31,541 nucleotides of DNA from a candidate division FCPU426 bacterium (GTDB taxonomy: Bacteria; Oederibacteriota; JAAXVQ01; JAUVAV01): the NCBI GenBank assembly GCA_030637655.1, contig DAOWGI010000095.1, positions 1 through 31,541 of the forward strand, written 5' to 3'. The notes below the pieces were generated by a model. The model did no database searches. It was not told where the DNA came from and saw only the letters and a list, made by a program, of their open reading frames with translations. How positions within the stretch are numbered: position 1 is the first letter of the stretch; each line of letters starts with the position of its first letter. The translations under genes were made by a program, and so were the position numbers. Shown in pieces: positions 25,044 through 31,541 of the stretch.

Positions 25044-25871
25044 CTATCTAACCACTGCTATTCTACCCTTGGCTTTTTCCCCGGCTTTACTCGTTATGGA
25101 ATACAGATATACTCCACTGGCAACATCTTTTCCCGCCTCGTTCCTGCCATCCCATTCTGCCATGCCCTGGTTTTGCTCTTTTATCTCTTTTACCAATTCG
25201 CCTGTGATTTTATGAATTTTTATACAGCTCTCGGTTGGCAAGTTCAAAAATATTATCCGGCTGTGTCCGGAAGCTGGTTTGTAGGGATTCGGATACACCT
25301 TCAGCCCGGATAAATTACTTGCTGCTGCCACCGCTTCAATGGTCACGGATCCAGGGCTGGTTGAAGATATTGGTACTGAGGAAGCCTCGGGATCACAGGC
25401 CACAGCTTCATGTATAGGCAATTCCACTCTTCCGGCAGCGGCGGCAGGTGATAGCTTGAATATAATATTTGCCACAGTTCCCTGATTAATTGTGTTTTTG
25501 TTCATGCCGTATACTATTACGCGAATACTATTAAAAGTACTCCCCACCTGATTATAAGCCACCTCTTTCCCTGCCTGTTGCGTGGCCTCACCTGTGGTTA
25601 CCCGGTCAAATATCAATTGATTTTTATCGTAATCCAAATCAAATTGCAGGGCCGCAATATTCTCTCCGCTCTCCGGAATTGCATTAATGGATACTGTTAT
25701 CTCTGTGGTTTCCCCCAGAATTGCGCATACGTTTCCTCCACTCAATTGACAGGCCCTAACATTGCCCCCCCCTAACATCTCCGCCAGAAAAACAACCGCC
25801 ATAACGCAAATTCTCAATAGTCCTGTACAATTGACCCTTTTATTATCAGACCTCATTTTCTTTTTGCTCAT
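25044..25871 (-). CDS. Secreted cohesin-like domain protein with FlgD-Ig / T9SS type-A-like C-terminal domain
   Basis: Signal-peptide-like N-terminus and cohesin-like IAALQFDLDYDKNQL...G.VANI.FK. The C-terminus has KVYPNPYKP, IKI..ITGELVK.I, WDGRNEAGKDVASGVYLY and GRIAVVR. Confidence 0.8.
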   Translation of the reverse strand: MSKKKMRSDNKRVNCTGLLRICVMAVVFLAEMLGGGNVRACQLSGGNVCAILGETTEITVSINAIPESGENIAALQFDLDYDKNQLIFDRVTTGEATQQAGKEVAYNQVGSTFNSIRVIVYGMNKNTINQGTVANIIFKLSPAAAAGRVELPIHEAVACDPEASSVPISSTSPGSVTIEAVAAASNLSGLKVYPNPYKPASGHSRIIFLNLPTESCIKIHKITGELVKEIKEQNQGMAEWDGRNEAGKDVASGVYLYSITSKAGEKAKGRIAVVR

Positions 25872-25931
25872 TTTGCCCCCGTCATTATGGTTTTTATTAT
25901 TTACATCGCTTAACTGAATTTGGCAGATACC

Positions 25932-26879
25932 CTATAAGTTCATGCCCAGCGATATACGATGTGTGTATCCCAAGTCTCCATATGGCACCCATGTATAATC
26001 AAGCTCCAGCCCTAAGAAATCAAAACCTATACCACTGGACAAGCCGGAAAGCGCGTTTAGATCAGCCAGGGTGGTCGTTTTATAACCAAGCCGGCAGGCT
26101 ATTGACAGCTTTTTCATTACTGCAAATACATATTCGCATCCCACATGCAAGCTGGGATCGTTATCTATTGGAAACCCTCCTTCCAATGCCATAAGCAGGC
26201 TCTCGGTTATTTGATAACTTACGCCCAGCCGGATGTTTAACGGCAAAGGATATCCCGCTTCTATAAATTTTATCTCCGTCCCTATGTTTTGCACGCTAAG
26301 GCCTATTCCCAGCTTGTCGTCCAAAACCCTGCCTAATACCCCTAAATCTACAGCATACGCGTGTGCAGTCGCGCCGTCGATTTCTTGCTGGATATATTTT
26401 ACATTAATTCCAGCATTCCAGATAGAAAATATTCTCATTCCATAGGCTAAATTTACAGCAGCATCATAAGGTTTGAAGCTCCCGTTTGGTTCCCCATACT
26501 CATCCAGCTTTTCTATGGGCGACATGGAAAGATAATTCAAACCTATGCCGAGTGTGCCAACACCTATAGGCTGCACATAGGCCAGAAATTCATAATTAAT
26601 ACTTTCCAATCCAAAAGTATGCATACCTAAAATTTGAATGCTTTTAATCAGGCCCAGCCCGGCAGGATTCCAATAAATGGCACTGGCTTCATCCGCCACC
26701 CCGCTATAGGCTTCTCCCAGCGCCACCCCTCTGACGCCGCAGCCCATCTTTAAAAATTGCGCCCCGGTTGTTCCTGCACTATCTTTTGAAAACTGCCCTG
26801 CATTGGAAGAGTGAAATATCGAAAAAGCAAATATCGTAAACACCAAAAGAATTACATTTTTCTTGCTATTTTCAAACAT
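25932..26879 (-). CDS. PorV/PorQ family outer-membrane beta-barrel protein
   Basis: AGTTGAQFLK.G.G.R..ALGEAY..VAD.ASAIYWNPAGL, G.NVKYI, DLG.L, G.SVQNIG, PLP.NIRLG and DY.WVPYGDLG.THRISL. I moved the start to ATG 26879, which follows AAAGGAGG. Confidence 0.88.
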   Translation of the reverse strand: MFENSKKNVILLVFTIFAFSIFHSSNAGQFSKDSAGTTGAQFLKMGCGVRGVALGEAYSGVADEASAIYWNPAGLGLIKSIQILGMHTFGLESINYEFLAYVQPIGVGTLGIGLNYLSMSPIEKLDEYGEPNGSFKPYDAAVNLAYGMRIFSIWNAGINVKYIQQEIDGATAHAYAVDLGVLGRVLDDKLGIGLSVQNIGTEIKFIEAGYPLPLNIRLGVSYQITESLLMALEGGFPIDNDPSLHVGCEYVFAVMKKLSIACRLGYKTTTLADLNALSGLSSGIGFDFLGLELDYTWVPYGDLGYTHRISLGMNL

Positions 26880-27263
26880 TTTTTTTCCTCCTTTCTGAAT
26901 TGCCTCTTTTAAATAAGTATAGCTTATATATTTTGCATATGCAATTTTCATAGTAATAAAAATGATACTTAGTTTGATAGTTAATTGGTTTCAGTTGCGG
27001 AAAGAAAAGTTAAGCTCGCATAGCTGTAGATACTATTATCAAGAAAATATTTTTGCTTATATTACAATGCTTTTCAGGATTACGTATTATGGAACTGTCT
27101 GTGATAAGTTTTTTTTAAATATTTTGCTAAATATGTGATTGTAAAGTAAAACCTTGTAATTACATATAAAACTTGATAATTAGTAATTTTTTAGGGGTAG
27201 TGAAATAAAGTTCGCAATTATTTTTATTGTATCCATTGTAATCACCTTTTATTTTTACGGCTT

Positions 27264-27710
27264 TCAGGCACGATAACTCTTTATCCACTTTTGGATTTTA
27301 TTATCATTGGGATTATGCGAAAAACATCCTTTTGCCGCAAGTTTTTTAAACTCTTCATAAGGATCATTTTTATCCCCGGCCTTGCGTAGGTGTTTTGCAT
27401 CATTTAAATATAGATATAGAATAATTTGAGGATGGCGGGAAAAACAGAAAAACAATCTATAACGTTGTAATCCCTGCTTATAACGGCGATATTTTTTAAG
27501 CTCATCCCGCAAACGATATTCCGGTAGGTTTGGATCTTGTGGGATAATTTCCTGGTCGGCTTTACGAATGCGACAAGCAAGTTTTACAATTTCGTGTTGT
27601 TGATATTCTTTACTATCAAGCTTATTATGCAGCTCTCTAACTTGTTCTTTTAGTTTTGCTATTCGCTGGAAGTAAATATCATGGTATCTTAAAAGATATT
27701 TACTCCTCAT
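27264..27710 (-). CDS. YhaV-family (RelE-superfamily) type II toxin
   Basis: IPQDPNLPEYR, QRYRLFF.F, IILYLYLND...LRKAG.KNDPYEEFKKL match the YhaV pattern. Start 27710 overlaps the antitoxin end by 11 bp. Confidence 0.8.
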   Translation of the reverse strand: MRSKYLLRYHDIYFQRIAKLKEQVRELHNKLDSKEYQQHEIVKLACRIRKADQEIIPQDPNLPEYRLRDELKKYRRYKQGLQRYRLFFCFSRHPQIILYLYLNDAKHLRKAGDKNDPYEEFKKLAAKGCFSHNPNDNKIQKWIKSYRA

Positions 27711-27999
27711 CAGCAACAACGCCTTTGAGCAGCTCATCCCATTCTTTATCCCAAATCTCTTTTGTACTATGAAGTTTTTCCGGATGTTTCATGGCATCGA
27801 TTGCCAAAGCATTAATAAATCCGGCAAACAGATGTTCTGATTCAATAGTATCTAATTCTGTTTTAGGACGAATGCTTAGTTTTTCCGGAGTGCTCTCTAA
27901 GATAACCTCTTTAGTTCCAGCATTTTTGAAAAACTCCATAGGTATATCTACTGCATAGCTGCCGCCATGTTTAAATAACTTTCTAACCAATACACTCAT
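27700..27999 (-). CDS. AbrB/MazE-fold antitoxin (PrlF-like position)
   Basis: RKLFKHGGSYAVDIP...LSIRP is a swapped-hairpin signature, followed by an acidic tail WDKEWDELLKGVVADEE. Start 27999 follows AAGGAGG. Confidence 0.78.
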   Translation of the reverse strand: MSVLVRKLFKHGGSYAVDIPMEFFKNAGTKEVILESTPEKLSIRPKTELDTIESEHLFAGFINALAIDAMKHPEKLHSTKEIWDKEWDELLKGVVADEE

Positions 28000-28026
28000 A
28001 ATAATTCCCTCCTTCCTTTGCATTAT

Positions 28027-28056
28027 AAGTATACACAAATATATACACTTTGTCAA
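28027..28056 (-). promoter_or_regulatory. TA operon promoter with overlapping operator-like repeat
   Basis: Minus strand reads TTGACA (28056-28051), 17 bp, TATACT (28033-28028). GTGTATA occurs twice and forms the imperfect IR AAGTGTATA...TGTATACTT. Confidence 0.7.
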
Positions 28057-28129
28057 TGCTCTAAATACGAAAAATGAACCGCCTCAGGAGTTTTCACGAA
28101 ATAAGCATCAGGCCGAGACTCGGTTCTGC

Positions 28130-29542
28130 TTAAATTTGCATGAAATGACGGTAGCATTGGTAGGTATTGTAAAGATCAATTTTACTGGTAATCTCTTGGG
28201 TGGAATGCATGGATAACAGCGGCGGACCCACATCAATGGTATCCATCCCATAACGAGAAAGGTACATGGCTATTGTACCCCCTCCTCCCAAATCAAGCCG
28301 GCCAAATTCTCCACTCTGCCACTGAATCCGTACTGAATCCAATTGCCGTACCAGCCAATTCATATATTCGCCCGAAGCCTCATTGGTAGAATATTTGCCG
28401 CCTCCGCCGCCGTATTTTTCCACAGAAACACCGCAGCCTAAAGCGGAGGAGTTCCTGGGATCACTAATGCCTTTAAAATTCGGATTCAACGCTTCTGTGA
28501 CATCCGCGCTAAGGGCTGTCGCTTGCTCCAATATTTCCGCAGGCGTACAACGAAGCTTGGCTTTTCGCTGCACTTCTATCACAAAATTATCCAACAACCG
28601 GCTTTGGGCAGCCGTATCGCCGAATGAGCCTATCTCCTCCTTATCCACAAATAGTCCCAGGGCCACCCCTTTGGGCTGTTTGATTTTCAGCAAAGCGGCC
28701 AGGGTGGCATACACGCATGCCCGGTCATCCTGGCCATAGGCTGCAATACAGGACTGATCAAACCCTATGTCTACCGGACCGGCGGCCGGCACAAAGGATA
28801 TATCCGCCGAAATAAGATCGCGTTCAACCAAACCGTATTTGCGATGCAACCAATCCAAGACAGCCAATTTTACCCGTTCCTTCTCCTTGCTATTTTGGAT
28901 GGGACGATTGCCAACCACAATTCGTAGTTGTTCGGCCTGAACCGCTTCCTTAGCGGACTTGGACATTTGTTCGCGTCCCAAATGCGGTGGCATGTCTGGA
29001 ATAATAAACTGCGGGTCATCCTTTTTTTCACCTATTACAAAAGTTTTGGTTCCTTGCTTGGTATGGACTACCGCATGCATACTCAGCGGAATATTGACCC
29101 ATTGGTATTTTTTAATACCGCCATAGTAATGCGTTTGCAGCATGGCCAGCTGACTATCTTGAAAAAGCGGATGTGGCTTCAAATCCAGACGAGGGCTGTC
29201 TACATGGGCTCCGACAATACGCCAGGTTTTCTGCGCCTCCCCCAGAATGGCTGCCAGCAAAGCTCTGCCTTTAATGGATTTATAAATCCGGTCACCTGTT
29301 CTAAGCGTCGCCTTGCCGGACAGGGATTGAAATCCTTGTTGTCGCAGCTGTTTCTCCATGACCTGGACGCACTCACGTTCTGTTTTGGCTTGTCCGAGGA
29401 ATTTTTTATATTGCCCGGCATAGGTATCCACAGCCTGAGCGGTCGCGCCGGAGACGCTGTCCCAAGCTGATTCGGATTTATAAATCAGCCGCTGTGAAGA
29501 CACTTTTTTTGTTTTCTTCTGTTTAGAGGGTATTGGGATCAC
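28130..29542 (-). CDS. M18 family aminopeptidase
   Basis: KTERE, GAHVDSPRLDLKP, THYYGGIKKYQW, YGQDDR, DKEEIGS, LSADV, GGGGTI and LSMHS. The exact start is uncertain. Confidence 0.93.
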   Translation of the reverse strand: MIPIPSKQKKTKKVSSQRLIYKSESAWDSVSGATAQAVDTYAGQYKKFLGQAKTERECVQVMEKQLRQQGFQSLSGKATLRTGDRIYKSIKGRALLAAILGEAQKTWRIVGAHVDSPRLDLKPHPLFQDSQLAMLQTHYYGGIKKYQWVNIPLSMHAVVHTKQGTKTFVIGEKKDDPQFIIPDMPPHLGREQMSKSAKEAVQAEQLRIVVGNRPIQNSKEKERVKLAVLDWLHRKYGLVERDLISADISFVPAAGPVDIGFDQSCIAAYGQDDRACVYATLAALLKIKQPKGVALGLFVDKEEIGSFGDTAAQSRLLDNFVIEVQRKAKLRCTPAEILEQATALSADVTEALNPNFKGISDPRNSSALGCGVSVEKYGGGGGKYSTNEASGEYMNWLVRQLDSVRIQWQSGEFGRLDLGGGGTIAMYLSRYGMDTIDVGPPLLSMHSTQEITSKIDLYNTYQCYRHFMQI

Positions 29543-29672
29543 CTGCTTTTAGTTGTTCCAATGGTTTGCTCTTTCGTATGGTTCTATTTTTTTGGTGAAC
29601 AGCGCCTACAAACTCCAACAATATCCCCACATTTTTTTACCAGTATGGAATTGATTGCTCCGTGCTATTGGA

Positions 29673-30488
29673 TCAGATTTGAAATTCCCATCCCTCCCGA
29701 GCTAAAAAAGTCTTGCCAAACGCCCGGCGCGCCGGTTCCAGTATCTTTTTTTCCAAAAACGCGTCTGAATGCGTTTGATCATGATGGTAGAGATGCAGTC
29801 GCTTGACTCCGGCCGCTTTGGCCATTTCAACTCCTTTTTCCCAGGTACTGTGCCCCCAGCCTTTGCGGCCCTGTTGATATTCCCCCGGGGTGTATTGAGC
29901 ATCATAAATTAAAACATCCGCTCCTTGAGAAAGCCGCAATAAATCCTGATCCATGCCGGTCTCCGGATGTTCGGTATCCGTGGCAAACACCATACTCTTG
30001 CCCTGGTGGGTAAATTTGAAGATAAATCCCCCTGCCGGATGATTTGATTGGCAATGGGTAACCGTAAGTTTTCCGATGCGAACAGGTTCACTCTTCAAAA
30101 TTGTATTAAATACCTGTTCACTTGGCATTTTATCAAACTCTACCGGAAAGGTGATAAAATCCTGCTGTCGTTTAAGGATTTCCTTCACTCGTTTGGAACC
30201 ATAGTGAATTATTTTGTTGCCGGGAATAAAATTCGGAACAAAAAAGGGGAATCCCATAATGTGATCCCAGTGAAAATGCGACCAGAAAAAGACAACCTCG
30301 CCTTTGCCCTGTTTCAATTCTTTCTGCATGAGTTCGGTACCCAGGACACGTAATCCGGAACCGCCGTCCACAATAATCTGTTTTCCATTAACCTGAATTG
30401 AGAGGCAAGTCGTGTTACCCCCATATTTTATAGTACTCTTACCGGGTGTGGGCAAAGATCCTCGAGATCCATAATATTTGATTCGCAA
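29673..30488 (-). CDS. MBL-fold metallo-hydrolase (phosphodiesterase-like)
   Basis: GSRGS.PTPG...YGGNTTC, DGGSG, SHFHWDHI.G.PFF, NHP, TDTEH, DAQYT..EY, GWGHST and HHD. The likely start is TTG 30488, after AGGAGG. Confidence 0.9.
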   Translation of the reverse strand: MRIKYYGSRGSLPTPGKSTIKYGGNTTCLSIQVNGKQIIVDGGSGLRVLGTELMQKELKQGKGEVVFFWSHFHWDHIMGFPFFVPNFIPGNKIIHYGSKRVKEILKRQQDFITFPVEFDKMPSEQVFNTILKSEPVRIGKLTVTHCQSNHPAGGFIFKFTHQGKSMVFATDTEHPETGMDQDLLRLSQGADVLIYDAQYTPGEYQQGRKGWGHSTWEKGVEMAKAAGVKRLHLYHHDQTHSDAFLEKKILEPARRAFGKTFLAREGWEFQI

Positions 30489-30599
30489 AATACACCTCCT
30501 GCAAGAACCGCCGGCTACTTCCCGCAATGATGATATTTCCTTCCCAACTTCAGGCTTTTATTTTAGCAAGTATTGCGTAAATGAACAATCCTGTTTTTT

Positions 30600-31145
30600 C
30601 TACTTTTTAATACTTTCGGCTGCCAGCAGTAATCCCAATATGGTCTTCCCATCAACAATTTCGCCTGTGGTTATCATCCGCAAAGCTTTCCGAAACGGCA
30701 CAATCAGAACCGATAAAAATTCATCAGCATCCAACTGTAAATCCGCTACCTTGCTCAAGTCCTGGGCCAAATAAATATAAATTTTTTCCTGGCAATAGCC
30801 CGGTGAACTATACATGTTCACCATGAGCCGGAGGCGACGCGCACGAAAACCAGTCTCTTCTCTTAATTCACGTATAGCAGCCTGCCGCGGTGTTTCGTTG
30901 GCATCCACCAAACCAGCCGGAATTTCCCAGAGCATGCGTCCAATGGCATAGCGATACTGTTGAATTAACACCACCCGCTCACCGGACAGTAGCGGTACCA
31001 TCGCAACTGCCGGAGCATGACTAATCACTTCCCGAATGCTTCTACTGCCATCAGAAATTTTTATTTGATCAACATAAAGATCAAGTATCTTTCCCTGATA
31101 GATGACTTTACGCCGGATTTTACGTTCATTCGCCTTTTTCTTCAA
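30600..31145 (-). CDS. nudF: NUDIX hydrolase, ADP-ribose pyrophosphatase-like
   Basis: Nudix box GLVDANETPRQAAIRELREETG, plus REVISH, QYRYA, EIPAG, YSSPG and I.DGKT. The TTG start overlaps the upstream stop codon. Confidence 0.88.
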   Translation of the reverse strand: MKKKANERKIRRKVIYQGKILDLYVDQIKISDGSRSIREVISHAPAVAMVPLLSGERVVLIQQYRYAIGRMLWEIPAGLVDANETPRQAAIRELREETGFRARRLRLMVNMYSSPGYCQEKIYIYLAQDLSKVADLQLDADEFLSVLIVPFRKALRMITTGEIVDGKTILGLLLAAESIKK

Positions 31146-31360
31146 ACTGCCTCCACTCGCTCCACTTCCGGAACAACCTCTTTAATACGCGCTTCAATCA
31201 GTTGTTTTAAGGTCACGGTTGCCATGGGGCAGGTCCCGCAAGCCCCTTGCAAACGCAATTTAACCACCTTACCCTCTATAGCCACCAACTCAACATTCCC
31301 GCCATCCGCCTGCAATGAAGGGCGGATACTTTCTAAGGCTTTTTCAACTTCTTCTTTCAT
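31142..31360 (-). CDS. NifU C-terminal (Nfu) domain protein
   Basis: IRPSLQADGGNVEL...L.GACGTCP...TLK. Start ATG 31360 follows AAGGAGG, giving 72 aa. Confidence 0.93.
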   Translation of the reverse strand: MKEEVEKALESIRPSLQADGGNVELVAIEGKVVKLRLQGACGTCPMATVTLKQLIEARIKEVVPEVERVEAV

Positions 31361-31486
31361 ATTTCCTCCTTGTACGGTTGTCCGTATTGTCAAAAATATA
31401 TGACTTAAATTCTTAAAAATACTTTTAATTAAAGTTTTTTTGTTTTTATACCACGCTCTCCTAAAGCCACGCTCATTTAAAAGATT

Positions 31487-31527
31487 CACCACAGAGGCAC
31501 AGAGGACACAAAGGTTCACAGAGAAAA
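31487..31527 (+). repeat. CACAGAG-type short periodic repeat, probably the left arm of a palindromic element cut by the window edge
   Basis: CACCACAGAGGCACAGAGGACACAAAGGTTCACAGAGAAAA. A related CACAAGGAGGCACAGAGAAAAAA lies at 8321-8343. Confidence 0.5.
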
Positions 31528-31541
31528 CAAAAATTGATTGT

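Noticed and set aside
28383-29470. Plus-strand ORFs of 118 and 180 aa
   Set aside because: Antisense to the M18 aminopeptidase, with no independent support.
31361-31519. N-terminal extension of the NifU protein (NLCVLCASVV)
   Set aside because: It is a translation of the CACAGAG repeat. The RBS-supported start is 31360. Similar over-extended starts were trimmed for several other genes.

Overview
A 31.5 kb chromosomal window from a diderm bacterium. Strong AGGAGG Shine-Dalgarno sites and TTGACA/TATAAT promoters argue against Bacteroidota, although a PorV-family gene is present. Most genes lie on the minus strand: a GldA/F/G-like ABC module with DUF4340, a SAM methyltransferase, DUF502, a divergent radical-SAM-motif protein, a probable outer-membrane barrel protein, DUF2784, PIN-PhoH, ilvE, three stand-alone PilZ proteins interleaved with YihY, a 1023-aa GT-C-like membrane protein and a degenerate M23 lipoprotein, an Fe-alcohol dehydrogenase, a PorV gene paired with a cohesin/FlgD-Ig CTD gene, a YhaV-like toxin with an AbrB-like antitoxin, an M18 aminopeptidase, an MBL hydrolase, a NUDIX hydrolase and a NifU-C protein. 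A HAD hydrolase and an EF-G paralogue lie on the plus strand. The first 1.1 kb holds two transposase relics (IS91-like and IS256-like). The most unusual signal is non-coding, in several families of short palindromic elements that nest in each other. One modular element has four copies with a constant left tag and right end around exchangeable, invertible palindromic cores. A 29-31 nt mini-hairpin sits between CAT direct repeats in the loops of two different REP-like palindromes. I saw no tRNA, rRNA or CRISPR array. Family calls come from motif recognition by eye, not database searches.
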